From positions 1 through 58,213 of the forward strand of contig CBDBIJ010000035.1 of assembly GCA_965205655.1 (NCBI GenBank): a stretch of 58,213 nucleotides of DNA, read 5' to 3'. Positions 28,164-40,149 of the stretch are shown piece by piece. The notes under the pieces were generated by a model. That model ran no database searches, was not told the DNA's origin, and saw only the letters and a list, made by a program, of their open reading frames with translations. The first letter of the stretch is position 1. Every line of letters starts with the position of its first letter. The DNA is from Candidatus Latescibacterota bacterium. GTDB taxonomy: Bacteria > Latescibacterota > UBA2968 > UBA8231. Made by a program: the position numbers and the translations under genes.

Positions 28164-31100
28164 CACCTCGGTCTGCAAACCTGCGCCGCTTCGGTCGAAA
28201 AACCCCGCTTCAGTCTCTTGTCCTGACGCTGATAGGCGCAGCCCTCGCCTTCTGCCAGCCCGTTCGCGCAGAAGGAAGCGGTGGGACGAGTATCACCGGG
28301 TCACCGAAGTTGCAGCACGCGCCGCGAGAAATCCTCGTCCGCCTGCGACCTGAGGTGGCAAAGTCGACCGCGTCGCCGAGGGCCCTGGAGACCCTCAACC
28401 GCAAATACGGTCTCGTTTCCGACGCAGCAGTGTTGCCTCCAACCAGATCTGGCGCCGGCAAAGCCATTCCCGGCTCAGGTCGACTCGAGGATTTCCGGGT
28501 TCGCAGTTGGAGAAAGCTCGTCTTCAGCTCCGACGCGGATCCGTGGGTGGTGGCGGCAGAATACAAGTCCCTGGACATCGTGGAGGCAGCTCAGCCCAAC
28601 TACCTCGCAACCCTGGCAGGCCAGCCCAGCGATCCGCTGTTCGCCGATCAGTGGAATCTCGCAGATTTCGGCTACGGCCCCCGATCCGAGGGACCGCGGC
28701 GGCGCAGTGACACAGCGGAGGTCCTCGTCGCAGTTATCGACTCGGGGATGGATTACCGTCATCCCGACATCGTCGAGCAGCTCTGGTCGAATGGCGCCGA
28801 AGCGGAGGGTCGGGACGGAGTGGACGACGATGGCAATGGCTACGTCGACGACATTCTCGGCTGGGACTTCGCCGACGCACCGTCCTTGCCGGGGGACGGG
28901 GATTATCTGAATCCGGATGCCGATCCGATGGATGAGTCCGGCCATGGCACCCACGTGGGCGGTATTATCGCCGCAGGTGTCGACAACGCCATCGGGGTCG
29001 CCGGCGTCGCGACAGATGTCCGCCTCATGGTTCTCAGAGCCGCGTTCAATGTGGGGGGCACAAGCTATCTGGAGAACGACGCCATTGCGGCGGCCATCAT
29101 CTACGCCGTAGACAACGGCGCCCAGGTGCTCAATTTCAGTTTCGGCAGCCCGCAATTCTCGCCGCTCATCCGTGACGCCGTTCGCTATGCCGATGCCGCC
29201 GGACTCGTCATGATAGCGGCTGCGGGCAACGAGGGGAACGAGGCCGTCTTCCATCCGGCCCGCCACGAAGAGTGCATCGCTGTGGCCGCGTCGGGCGTCG
29301 ATGGACGTATTCCATCTTTTTCCAACTTCGGCTACAGCATCGACGTGGCCGCCCCTGGAGAGCACATCTCGAGCCTGGCTCCCGGGGAGTTGTACGTAGC
29401 GCTATCCGGCACCTCGATGGCTGCGGCCCACGTGTCCGGTCTCGCGGCGCAGTGGCTGTCGTACTTCCCGCATTTAACCCCGCTTCAGATTCGCGGCGCC
29501 CTGTCGACCACCGCTCGTGACGTGGCACCGCCGGGGTGGGATGAGCGTTCAGGTGCGGGCATCGCTCGCTCGCCCGATGTCTATGATGCCAGCCCCCTCG
29601 CCGCTCGGATCGAGTCGGCCGAACCCAAGACGGGGGATGCGGTCGAGTCGAGAGTGGTGCGGCTGTCGCTCACAGGCTCGGGCCGGATTTCATATGAACT
29701 GAGCTGGGGTGCCGGTGTGGCACCCGGCACATGGACAGTGCTGACGAGCGGGGATACGGTGGTCGAACCGGCCGGCGTCAGCGAAAGCGTCGATGTGTCC
29801 TGGGAGACGGACGCTCTTGCGCATGGCCTTTACCTCCTCAGGGCAGTCGTAAAATCGGGGGCTCGGCGTCACGAGGATCGCTTCGCCGTGAACCTGCCAC
29901 AGCGGGCGCCCGTTATCGAACGACTCACCTGGCTCAGAGCGCTGAACGGTCCAGAGTGGGATTACCTGGTGGAGTGGGCGACGCGCGAGCCGGCTGTCGG
30001 CACGCTGCACGTTTTCTCCGAAGGGGAAGACGATCCGACCTACCAGCTGCCCGTCGAGGCACTGCGAAGCCGACAGTCTGTGGCGCTGCCGGCCGATTTG
30101 CCGAGCGGTCAGTATCGCGTCGACGTGCGACTCGGTCGGAATTCTGCCACCGCCGGGACACTATCGGTGCCAGTCGCGCCGCGCGGCGTCATAGGCTGGA
30201 ACTTCGAGCTGTTCGCCGATTTGCCCGACGGCTTTCTGATGCCCCAGCCGGCTGACTTCGACGGCGACGGCCGGGTCGAAGTGGTGGAGATGATCTCCGC
30301 GGGCGGTCGCTACAATGCGTCGGATTTCTTCGAGTTCGATGCTGACGGATCATTCGATACGCGGCCCGTTCACACCAGCGCCCGTCTGTTTATACCCTGG
30401 AGCCACCACGATCTGGACGGCGATGGAAAGCGGGAAGTCATGGCGGTGGACGCCCAGCGCGTGAGGCTCGTCGAGAGCTCTGAGACAGGTCGTTTTCCCG
30501 ATCGCGCCATCTGGGAGCAGCGCGATGTGTGGGGAGGGGAGACGGCGGACCTCGACGCTGATGGCAAATCGGAGATGTACCTTCGATCGAGCCGCGCGCG
30601 TCAATTTCGAGTTTTCGAGGCGGTGGGCGATGACACCTTCATCGAGACGACCGTACTCGTGAATCCGTGGCCGGGTTCGGGCGAATTCGGCGATCGACAG
30701 ATCGTCGCAGACCTTGACGGCGACGGCAGGGGTGAGCTGCTCACCGGTGACGGCGACGGCAATCTCTTCGTCTACGAAAACGTTGCAGACGACGTCTTCA
30801 GACTGGTGTGGAGCGATGTGGCCGACCAAGGGCAGTCGAGGGGGGATAGGCGTCTCCTCGGTGGCGCTGCCGACCTGGACGCCGACGGCAAACAGGAATT
30901 CGTGTCCTGCGAGCTCGACTTGGATCTCTTCGAACTCGATCAGTCCCGCTGGCATGTGCGCGTGTTCGAGGCGGCCGGCGATGACGAATTCGCGGTGGAA
31001 TGGGACGCCGTCGTCCTCAACGGCAAGGCTGCGGCGAACGGAGTTGGCTTGGGTGATTTCAACGGGGACGGTCGCGTCGAGTTCGTCGCCTCCCTGGTGC

Positions 31101-32416
31101 CCGATCTGTACGTATTTCAGCATTCCGCCACGGAGGGATACGAACCAGTGTGGCATTTCCCCGTCGGCGATGCGCATCGTCCATTCTCAGGTGACCTGAA
31201 CGGCGACGGCACCGATGAGCTCGCCTTCAACAGCGGGGGACAGGTGCAGGTCTACTCGCTGCAGCGGCGGAAGTCTGTGGTGCTGAAAGCACCCGGCAGG
31301 TTCAGAGGGGTCCCCCTCGGCGAAGATTCTGCTCTCCTCGAATGGGAGGCGGTTGACGGCGCTGCGGCATATCGAGTCTACAGAGGTCTCGATGGCGACG
31401 GCGTGCTGCACGCGACGGTCGAGGCCGGAACGCAGTTCACGGATGTCGATGTGCAGGAGGGGGAGACGTATCGCTATTGGGTTACCGGAGTCGACTCGAT
31501 TGGGGGTGAGGGATATCGAACGCCGCAGGTCGTCGTAGCGCTCGAGCCCAAGCCTGCTCTGGTCGATGTGGGACGAATATCGCGACGCCAGTTGTCCCTC
31601 ACTTTCGACAGATCGATGGGCAGATCGGTAGAGGACATCTACCGATACCGCGTTGAGCCGGGTGTGGGGGCTCCCTCATCGGCGCTGCTAATTCAGGGAG
31701 GCCGCCGAGTCGTGCTCAGTTTTGTCGAGGATCTGCCCGACAGTGGGACCTTCGTCCTGCACGCTCAAGATCTTCGCAGTCTCCGGGGCACGCCGCTGCC
31801 GTTTCAGGCAGATGGTCTGGAGTTCGCGCTGCGCGCCATAGCAAGTTCAGCTCGAGTGCTCGGGGCCGAGGCGATCACCGCGACGCGAGTATCAGTGTGG
31901 TTCGACCGGCCGGTTGAGCTGCAGGCCGATTCGACGAGCCCCGCATTCGTAGTGGATGAAGGGCGCATCCGGATTCTGCACGCTTTCGCTGGATCGCACG
32001 ACGCTGAAATTCTACTCGAACTCGATCCAGCAACGCCGCTGCGGTCGGTAGGTCGGCGCTACCGCATAGAAATCGTGAGCCTGCGGGATGAGTCGGGTCA
32101 GTCGATCGAGGGCAGTACCTTCGTTCACCTCGAGGCGGTCGACTTGAGTTCCGTGACCGTGTTTCCGAATCCCTTTGATCCCACTCGCGGCGAACTTACC
32201 TTCGGAAACCTGCCGGTACACACACAGGTGCATATCGCGGATCTCGGCGGGCACGTTTTGCGGGTGCTCGAAGAAAGGAGTGGAGACGGAGGAGTCAACT
32301 GGGATGGTTCGAACGCAGCCGGCAGGCCTGTCGCTGGTGGGATTTACTTTTTTCAGCTCATCCACCACAACGATGCCCGTACTGGGAAGCTCGCCGTGGT
32401 GCGCAGTCGCCAGTGA
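28160..32416 (+). CDS. Secreted S8 (subtilisin-like) protease with FG-GAP/VCBS repeats, FN3 and Ig-like domains and FlgD/T9SS-like C-terminal domain; start uncertain (CTG 28160 or 28181)
   Basis: Signal peptide ...[14 protein letters not shown]. Catalytic triad [12 protein letters not shown] and GTSMAAAHV. Many DxDGDG repeats. Tail VFPNPF...[17 protein letters not shown]. Confidence 0.88.
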   Translation: MTPRSANLRRFGRKTPLQSLVLTLIGAALAFCQPVRAEGSGGTSITGSPKLQHAPREILVRLRPEVAKSTASPRALETLNRKYGLVSDAAVLPPTRSGAGKAIPGSGRLEDFRVRSWRKLVFSSDADPWVVAAEYKSLDIVEAAQPNYLATLAGQPSDPLFADQWNLADFGYGPRSEGPRRRSDTAEVLVAVIDSGMDYRHPDIVEQLWSNGAEAEGRDGVDDDGNGYVDDILGWDFADAPSLPGDGDYLNPDADPMDESGHGTHVGGIIAAGVDNAIGVAGVATDVRLMVLRAAFNVGGTSYLENDAIAAAIIYAVDNGAQVLNFSFGSPQFSPLIRDAVRYADAAGLVMIAAAGNEGNEAVFHPARHEECIAVAASGVDGRIPSFSNFGYSIDVAAPGEHISSLAPGELYVALSGTSMAAAHVSGLAAQWLSYFPHLTPLQIRGALSTTARDVAPPGWDERSGAGIARSPDVYDASPLAARIESAEPKTGDAVESRVVRLSLTGSGRISYELSWGAGVAPGTWTVLTSGDTVVEPAGVSESVDVSWETDALAHGLYLLRAVVKSGARRHEDRFAVNLPQRAPVIERLTWLRALNGPEWDYLVEWATREPAVGTLHVFSEGEDDPTYQLPVEALRSRQSVALPADLPSGQYRVDVRLGRNSATAGTLSVPVAPRGVIGWNFELFADLPDGFLMPQPADFDGDGRVEVVEMISAGGRYNASDFFEFDADGSFDTRPVHTSARLFIPWSHHDLDGDGKREVMAVDAQRVRLVESSETGRFPDRAIWEQRDVWGGETADLDADGKSEMYLRSSRARQFRVFEAVGDDTFIETTVLVNPWPGSGEFGDRQIVADLDGDGRGELLTGDGDGNLFVYENVADDVFRLVWSDVADQGQSRGDRRLLGGAADLDADGKQEFVSCELDLDLFELDQSRWHVRVFEAAGDDEFAVEWDAVVLNGKAAANGVGLGDFNGDGRVEFVASLVPDLYVFQHSATEGYEPVWHFPVGDAHRPFSGDLNGDGTDELAFNSGGQVQVYSLQRRKSVVLKAPGRFRGVPLGEDSALLEWEAVDGAAAYRVYRGLDGDGVLHATVEAGTQFTDVDVQEGETYRYWVTGVDSIGGEGYRTPQVVVALEPKPALVDVGRISRRQLSLTFDRSMGRSVEDIYRYRVEPGVGAPSSALLIQGGRRVVLSFVEDLPDSGTFVLHAQDLRSLRGTPLPFQADGLEFALRAIASSARVLGAEAITATRVSVWFDRPVELQADSTSPAFVVDEGRIRILHAFAGSHDAEILLELDPATPLRSVGRRYRIEIVSLRDESGQSIEGSTFVHLEAVDLSSVTVFPNPFDPTRGELTFGNLPVHTQVHIADLGGHVLRVLEERSGDGGVNWDGSNAAGRPVAGGIYFFQLIHHNDARTGKLAVVRSRQ

Positions 32417-32445
32417 GGCGAGTTGGTTAGACCAGAGAGGGGAAT

Positions 32446-32978
32446 ATGGTCGGAATCGGTATCGTCGGCATAGGTTTCATGGGTGTCACACACTTCAGGG
32501 CGGTCGAAAAGGTGAGAGGGGGGCGAGTCACCGCCGTATTCACTCGAGATGTGAGAAAGTTGAAGGGCGACTGGCGGCGGGTGAAGGGAAATTTCGGGAG
32601 TGTGGTGGCATCCAGAGCATGTCGCAGCAGGGGTCTCCCTGGGAACAGGGCTACGACGTCTACTTCGAAGATGCCGCCTTGAAGTTCAACTCCTCATCGG
32701 GACGACCGCCAGCGTTGCTCACGAACGACGGCAGGCGCCGCACGCCGAGGTTGTCGAAGCGGGACGGGTTCGTTGGGGAGCTGCAGGAAGCGGTCAACTC
32801 GGTTCGAGACGGCAGGGACTCCACAATTCTGGGCCGGATGAGCGCGCGAAACTCGCTGAGTCTCTGTCTCGGAGAGATCCGTTCCGCTCAGACGGGACGA
32901 AAGGTCACGATCAGGGCACCTTCGAGCCAGCGGCCACCAGTCGCTGGCCGAAGATCTGTCGCAGCCTGCCTGGTTTGA
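32446..32978 (+). pseudogene. Gfo/Idh/MocA oxidoreductase remnant with large internal deletion and frameshift (~32600-32620)
   Basis: N-terminus MVGIGIVGIGFMGVTH joins out of frame to a C-terminal part ...DGFVGELQEAV...ARNSLSLCLGEIRSAQTGRKV. Confidence 0.75.
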
Positions 32979-33003
32979 CTGTCTCACGCCGCCACTCTAG
33001 GTT
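32975..33003 (+). promoter_or_regulatory. sigma70-type promoter TTGACT-N17-TAGGTT upstream of fliN
   Basis: Hexamers and spacing read directly. Confidence 0.5.
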
Positions 33004-33042
33004 TGCCGGTTACGTGCAAACACACCCGTTGCGCAAAATGCC

Positions 33043-33300
33043 ATGAGCCCGTCCTCGCTTGCCGGTCTCGGGGACGTGCACGTCAAGGTATCCGCCGTAG
33101 TCGGTCGAACGGAAATTACCTTCGAGGATGCGGTCAACCTCGACGTGAAATCACTGCTCACCATGGACCGGACCTCGCGCGATCCCGTCGATCTGTGCGT
33201 CAATGGGAGGGTCGTCGCCCGGGGGAAGCTGGTCGTCGTCGGGGGAAACTACGGAGTACAGATCACCGAGCTGGTAGATGATCGAGCTGACATGAGGTGA
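33043..33300 (+). CDS. fliN: FliM/FliN C-terminal (SpoA) domain protein
   Basis: DVHVKVSAVVGRTEI...PVDLCVNGRVVARGKLVVVGGNYGVQITEL. Confidence 0.85.
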   Translation: MSPSSLAGLGDVHVKVSAVVGRTEITFEDAVNLDVKSLLTMDRTSRDPVDLCVNGRVVARGKLVVVGGNYGVQITELVDDRADMR

Positions 33301-33320
33301 AAGACGAAAGCTGTCGCAAG

Positions 33321-33360
33321 AGAAAAGGGCGAGGGGAACCCCCCCCGCCCTTTTTCTTTT
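33321..33360. terminator. Bidirectional intrinsic terminator between fliN and groEL
   Basis: AAAAGGGCGAGGGG-loop-CCCCCCGCCCTTTTTCTTTT, with A and T tails on either side. Confidence 0.85.
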
Positions 33361-33375
33361 GTGGGACAGCGCTGC

Positions 33376-35019
<1,644 letters not shown>

Positions 35020-35316
35020 TTACGATATGACTGCCAGAATCTCTTCTTCGCGAAGAATGAGATGTTCCTCTCCATCGAGCTTGACCTCGGTGCCCGAATA
35101 CTTGCCGATGAGCACCTTGTCTCCCTTCTTGACTTCCGGGGCAACGCGTTTGCCCTCTTCTAGCCGTCCCGGCCCGATGGCGACGACCTGGGCCTCCTGC
35201 GGTTTTTCCTTGGCCGTGTCGGGAATGATGATCCCGCCAACCTTCTGCTCTTCTGAGTCTTCGAGTCTCTTTACGAGGACGCGGTCAGCCAGAGGCTGAA
35301 TCTTCGATTTCGCCAT
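35020..35316 (-). CDS. groES: Co-chaperonin GroES
   Basis: [24 protein letters not shown] and [16 protein letters not shown]. Confidence 0.97.
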   Translation of the reverse strand: MAKSKIQPLADRVLVKRLEDSEEQKVGGIIIPDTAKEKPQEAQVVAIGPGRLEEGKRVAPEVKKGDKVLIGKYSGTEVKLDGEEHLILREEEILAVIS

Positions 35317-35367
35317 GGGTCGTTTCCTCCTGATAGACGATTGTGTGATGACTGGAGATGTTTTCAC

Positions 35368-35383
35368 TGCAAGTAGCGTACCA
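35368..35383 (-). promoter_or_regulatory. sigma54 (-24/-12) promoter for groES-groEL
   Basis: Minus strand TGGTACG-CTAC-TTGCA (GG-N10-GC), 52 nt upstream of the groES ATG. Confidence 0.8.
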
Positions 35384-35463
35384 CATGGGTTCAGTGTTTC
35401 ATAAACTTTTAATTAACAGAATGTTATCAAAGAACCAGGCCGTCGTACATGGGCGGGCCGATA

Positions 35464-35587
35464 TTCCCAAAATGGGAGGAATATCTGATAGGTAACGGGG
35501 TTGACTGTCATAACATCGCGTAAAATAACAAAGTTGAGAAGAATTATCAAATTGAGAACAGAAATAGCATAATTCTCATTTAGAGAG
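35464..35587. promoter_or_regulatory. Cluster of 15-bp imperfect palindromes, candidate enhancer (bEBP) sites
   Basis: TTCCCAaaaTGGGAG (35464), TAACAAagtTGAGAA (35526), TTATCAaatTGAGAA (35544) and TTCTCAtttAGAGAG (35573). Confidence 0.5.
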
Positions 35588-35614
35588 AACTCCTACGCAT
35601 ACGATGACTGAACG

Positions 35615-37477
35615 ATGACTGAAATGCAAGAATCAGCCGAGCTCAAGAACCAGGTGCTCGCCCTGGTTGCCGACCGCCTGAGCAGTGGGGAGGTCCTCAT
35701 CTCGGAGGCTCAGTTCCAGCAGGCCATGGAGGAGGGATACGCCGAACTGAAAAACAGTGAAGTCAGGGAGCAGGAGAAATCGTGGCTACGCGGCATCCTC
35801 ACTGAAGTGAACTCACAGAACCCGGAGGTGTTCGTGGTGCCGGGAATGGAAAACTGGATCGTCCAGTCCGTTCTGGCCAATGCGCGCAAGCAGGGCTGGG
35901 GCGTGGTGGAAATTCAGGAACAGGGCAACCAGGCGATTCGGATGTTTCTACGCGATGACAAGGTTCAGGGGGTGCTCGCCAAGCTCAACGTCAACGCCTC
36001 TCAGCTGAATCAAAAGCGGTGTTTCCGGTCGATTCTGAACACGATAGCCGGCAAGCCGGACCCAGACCAGCAGCGTGCGGCGGAGCGGCTGGCTCAGCTG
36101 AAAAAGCAAGCGGCCGCCCGAAGCGCGGCGCCGGCGATAAAGGAGGGCGTCGTACCTGCAAAGGCGGGCCCCGGACTGGACGAGCTGCTCAGTGGACCTG
36201 CGGAGATGCCGTCTGAGGAAGAATCAGAGGCCCGTATCAAAGAGCAGAAGAGAGAGCGGGCAGAGATGAGGAAAAGCCAAATGGCGCAGCTCGTCACCCA
36301 TCTCGACGCCTACGTGCAGCAGGGCAAACTAAGCGCCGAGGACGCTGAGCGGCTGCGAAAAGCCCACAAGGTTGACGAGGCGGTGCGCACTGGAAAGGTC
36401 ACTCAGGAGAAAGGCAGCAAGATTCGCAACAGCATCCTCGACGGGACCGCCAGAGACAAGGTTGAAAAGCAGGTGAAGGATGCCGTCGACTACGCCGTCG
36501 TCTACACGCAGGTGTTCCAGGCCCTGGGGCGCATGGACCCGAAATACGACGACGGGCTGCGCTTCCTGGCCCAACACAAGTACGGGGTCAACGCCGACAA
36601 GAAAGAAGGAGAAGAGGCACTGCCCGAGGTCGGGAGGATGGTGGCGGCGCTGATGGAGGATATCGACATCCTTCGCCACGTCATCGACTTGATGGATCGA
36701 CAGGACTCCGAGGTGCGCATGATCGCTGCGCATCTGCCACCCTACAGCTACATCATGCGGCGGGATCAGGCACGCATAGAAAACATGGTGGTGGAAGAGG
36801 AGTTCGTCGACGAACTGCGCGGTTTGTCCTCGGAGGAGCTGTCGACTCGATTCCACTCGGCTGACAAGAAGGTGAGAGCGAAGGTGGCCGCCGACCTGCT
36901 GTGCATGACGAGCTTGATCAGTCGACTGATCAAGCCCACGCCGATTCGCAAGGAAATTCGACTCCTCAAGCTCAATCTCATTGTCGAGGAGTTCTATCGC
37001 GCCACGGACAACATGGATGAGGCCCGCACAAGAGCTCAGGAATTTCTCCGCACGCGACTCAAGTCGGTCTATCCGGACATGAGCGACGAAGAAAAGGTCG
37101 AAATCGAGAAATGCGGGGCCGAGATCATCGAGGCGGTGGAGCAAAAGATTCTGACAGAGCGACAGGAGGCGGCGGCAGCTAAGGGCGAGAAGTCCGGGGA
37201 CGGAAAGGTCGCGGCGAGCGCGGGCGGCGAGGCGGCGGGCGACAGCACCCTGTCAGCGGACGAAGAAGCCAAGGGCGTCCAGATACACCGGATTTCGATG
37301 CGCGTCGCCGGCCGTGAACGTCACGTACCTCAAAAAATCATGCCGGACGTGGAGGACCCGTCCAAATTCATCCTCGTGCAGCGGGATCCGGACACTAAAG
37401 AGATGGTGCCGGTGCGTCGCCGTGGTGCCAAGCGATACGTGCACCGGGGCCGCGACGGCTCGTGGCAATTGGAATAG
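35615..37477 (+). CDS. Hypothetical protein, 620 aa, charged and mostly helical
   Basis: Long ORF with host-like codon usage. No family recognised. Confidence 0.85.
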   Translation: MTEMQESAELKNQVLALVADRLSSGEVLISEAQFQQAMEEGYAELKNSEVREQEKSWLRGILTEVNSQNPEVFVVPGMENWIVQSVLANARKQGWGVVEIQEQGNQAIRMFLRDDKVQGVLAKLNVNASQLNQKRCFRSILNTIAGKPDPDQQRAAERLAQLKKQAAARSAAPAIKEGVVPAKAGPGLDELLSGPAEMPSEEESEARIKEQKRERAEMRKSQMAQLVTHLDAYVQQGKLSAEDAERLRKAHKVDEAVRTGKVTQEKGSKIRNSILDGTARDKVEKQVKDAVDYAVVYTQVFQALGRMDPKYDDGLRFLAQHKYGVNADKKEGEEALPEVGRMVAALMEDIDILRHVIDLMDRQDSEVRMIAAHLPPYSYIMRRDQARIENMVVEEEFVDELRGLSSEELSTRFHSADKKVRAKVAADLLCMTSLISRLIKPTPIRKEIRLLKLNLIVEEFYRATDNMDEARTRAQEFLRTRLKSVYPDMSDEEKVEIEKCGAEIIEAVEQKILTERQEAAAAKGEKSGDGKVAASAGGEAAGDSTLSADEEAKGVQIHRISMRVAGRERHVPQKIMPDVEDPSKFILVQRDPDTKEMVPVRRRGAKRYVHRGRDGSWQLE

Positions 37478-38093
37478 ACCGACGGCCGAGCGCATGACGG
37501 CGATCGAGGGCGGACGGCAGTGCGGGCTGGCCGCAAAGTCCGAGTGCTTCACCTAGAGGGCAAACGCGTCCTCGTCACCGGAGCCAGCAGCGGGATCGGC
37601 TGGCACCTGGCCGACCTGATTGCGAAGAGGGGAGCGCATCTCGTGCTCGCCGCCCGCAGAATCGATCGCCTTCAGGAACTGCGTTCCCGGATCGAGCGCG
37701 ATGGGCGTCAACGGCCGGTGGTCGTGCGCTGTGACGTCAGCCGGGCGGATGAGGTGGATGAGCTGAAGATGGAGGTCGAGCGGCAGTGCGGCGGCATCGA
37801 CGTTCTCGTCAACAATGCCGGCAGGGGCGCCTACGGGCCGTTCGAAATGGCCAGCCGCAACGACTTCGAGTCGGTGGTGAACACGAATTTGCTCGGCGTC
37901 ATCTACTGCACCCAAGCATTTCTCCCAGCAATGCTCGAACGACGACGAGGACATATCGTATTCGTCTCCAGCGTTCTCGGCCAGCTTCCGGCGCCCGATC
38001 ACGCCGTGTACGGGGCGACGAAATTCGCAGTGAGCGGTCTGGCGGAGAGTCTGGACTACGAATTTTCCGCGATTATCCCCTTGACACGTCATG

Positions 38094-38119
38094 CCCGCTT
38101 ACCTATCCCGCTTACCTAT
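38094..38119 (+). repeat. Perfect 13-bp tandem duplication CCCGCTTACCTAT x2 in the IS1595 promoter
   Basis: Read directly. Lies between TTGACA (38081) and TATATT (38117). Confidence 0.9.
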
Positions 38120-38144
38120 ATTGTAGGGTTACAAGGAGGCGGAC

Positions 38145-38996
38145 ATGACAACATTCTACCAATTCCAGCAGCAGTTTCCTGACGATGAGGCGTGCTTGCG
38201 TCACATCATGGTGTCCCGTTACGGCGGTTTTGAGCTTGATTGCCCGAAGTGCAGGGCGCATGGCAAGTTCTACCGCCTGACGCGCGACCGTGCCTTTCTC
38301 TGCCAGCACTGCAAGCATCACATTTACCCGTGCGTCGGAACGCCAATGGAGCGGTCTCGCACGTCGCTGCACAAGTGGTTCCTTGCAATCTACCTGTTCA
38401 CCACCTCTCGCCACGGCGTTCCTGCGAAGGAACTGCAACGCCAACTGGGCGTGACCTACAAGACGGCGTGGCGCATGGCGCACGAAATCCGCAAGTACAT
38501 GGCCGAGGTTGACGGCGAGACGCCCCTGGGGGGTGAAGTCGAGGCGGACGAAACCTACGTCGGCGGGAAGGTGAGGGGCAAAGGCCGGGGTTACAAAGCC
38601 AACAAGACGGTCGTGTTCGGCATGGTCGAGCGCGACGGCGACGTGATGGCCAAGGTCGTTCCAAACGTCAGGAAGCGCACCCTGGAGCCGGTTATCCACG
38701 AGAACGTCGAGCCGGGCAGCACCGTCCACACCGACGAACTGCGGTCCTACCTGAACCTCGCGGCGGCCGGATACACGCACGAGACCGTCAATCACAGTGC
38801 GGGGGAATATGTGCGGGGTGACTGCCATGTCAACGCTGTTGAGGGCTTTTGGTCCCGCGTGAAGAATTCGATTCGCGGGACACACGTTCACGTGTCGGGG
38901 AAGCACCTTCAGAAGTACGTGAAGGAGTTTGAGTATCGCTACAATCGGCGGAAGCAACCAGAGGCGATGTTCGACGATCTGGTGGCCGCCCTCTGA
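38145..38996 (+). CDS. IS1595-family DDE transposase
   Basis: Zn ribbon CPKC...CQHC, HTH LGVTYKTAW, and motifs VEADETYVGG, HTDE, VNHS and EFEYRYNRR. Confidence 0.95.
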   Translation: MTTFYQFQQQFPDDEACLRHIMVSRYGGFELDCPKCRAHGKFYRLTRDRAFLCQHCKHHIYPCVGTPMERSRTSLHKWFLAIYLFTTSRHGVPAKELQRQLGVTYKTAWRMAHEIRKYMAEVDGETPLGGEVEADETYVGGKVRGKGRGYKANKTVVFGMVERDGDVMAKVVPNVRKRTLEPVIHENVEPGSTVHTDELRSYLNLAAAGYTHETVNHSAGEYVRGDCHVNAVEGFWSRVKNSIRGTHVHVSGKHLQKYVKEFEYRYNRRKQPEAMFDDLVAAL

Positions 38997-39066
38997 CGAT
39001 CATCGCCTCCAAAAGGGCTTCAAATCTATCCATTGCAAGATTCTCCTAATGTCGAGGTTGTCGCCG

Positions 39067-39765
39067 TCATGGTGTCTTACCGCTGCTGTACGCCATCTCG
39101 TCGATCCACTCCTCAAGAAGCCTTCTGTCATACGTTCCGCCACGCACACCCCACGAGCGCTCATCCTTGAACTTTCTGAGAAGGTGACGGGCTATTTCAT
39201 CCGCACGGCGGCCCACTTCCATTCTTGAGGTGACAAGGCGGCCCTGGAGCTGCGCGGTGAGCATCTCTCCAACAGTCGTGGTATCGAGTGGGAGCCGCAG
39301 CCGCACCAAGGAAGAGGCGCGGATCATGACCAGTGCTTCAGCCTCCGCAATCCATCTTGAGTCGGGGCGGGTAGCCGTAGCGTGGGGTGGCTTTGACGTA
39401 CTGCTCACATCGAGATCGGATTCCGCATCTGTTTTTCGGACGGTAGCGGGTTGTCTATGTTTATCGGCAGGAACTTCGGACGAAAGTGTATCGGGATGTG
39501 CGACGGTTGCCTTCAGCCAATTCTGTGGCCACCAAGCATATAAGAGGCAAGCCGCCCCGGCAGACACCAAAAACACGTCTATGATAGTCATAGCCGCAAA
39601 GACGGCCTGAACAACGGTGGCCCAAGATGCGCCATCGTCGATATATCCGGGAATCGACCACAATTCCCGGATCGGCTTGGCCCAGAGCACAATCGTCCCG
39701 AAGGAACCCATGCCCCGGCCAACACGCCTGTGGCTTCGCATCCAGGCTCTCTTGAGGATCTCCAT
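39067..39765 (-). CDS. IS1595 passenger protein, unknown, N-terminal TM segments
   Basis: 232-aa ORF inside the IRs, preceded by TTGACA-N18-TATCAT with its -35 in the right IR. Confidence 0.7.
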   Translation of the reverse strand: MEILKRAWMRSHRRVGRGMGSFGTIVLWAKPIRELWSIPGYIDDGASWATVVQAVFAAMTIIDVFLVSAGAACLLYAWWPQNWLKATVAHPDTLSSEVPADKHRQPATVRKTDAESDLDVSSTSKPPHATATRPDSRWIAEAEALVMIRASSLVRLRLPLDTTTVGEMLTAQLQGRLVTSRMEVGRRADEIARHLLRKFKDERSWGVRGGTYDRRLLEEWIDEMAYSSGKTP

Positions 39766-40149
39766 TCCCCAAATGATAACACCCCATCACCTGAAGTGTC
39801 AAGGGGATAAACACGGAATTTTCGGACAGAGGGATCACAATCACACTCGTCGAGCCCGGGTTGATTCGGTCCGAGTTCGCAGCGGTCAGCGGGATGCCTC
39901 CCGAGCGGTTTGAGCAGATTCCCTGGAAGAGCTCAGGGGAGGTAGCCGGGCTCATCGTGGCGGCCATCGAGCGCGAGAAGCGGCGCTGCGTCCCCGATCG
40001 GCTCGCCAAATTCGGCATCGATCTGCGCCGTCATTTTCCGACGCTCATGCGGATCGTCTTCGCGAGCGCCGTGCGGCGCCTGCGGAAGGCGACGATTCGA
40101 AGCGAGCGAAACGAAGTCGAGATATAGGATATGGAGGCAAGTGCGCCGC

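Larger units (their letters stand above)
38068..39815 (+). mobile_element. IS1595-family element (1748 bp) with passenger gene
   Basis: 24-bp IRs CGCGATTATCCCCTTGACACGTCA and CGTGTTTATCCCCTTGACACTTCA. 8-bp TSD GAATTTTC at 38060-38067 and 39816-39823. Confidence 0.95.
37520..40127 (+). pseudogene. Short-chain dehydrogenase/reductase split by IS1595 (pieces 37520-38067 and 39824-40127)
   Basis: Motifs TGASSGIG, NNAG and YGATK. Removing the IS and one TSD gives ...LDYEFSDRGITITLVEPGLIRSEF... Confidence 0.92.

Noticed and set aside
27465..28178. Long N-terminal extension of the pterin dehydratase (348-aa track ORF)
   Set aside because: It is antisense to folE. The family domain starts at ATG 27464.
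35317..35614. CIRCE/HrcA operator for groESL
   Set aside because: No TTAGCACTC-N9-GAGTGCTAA match on either strand.
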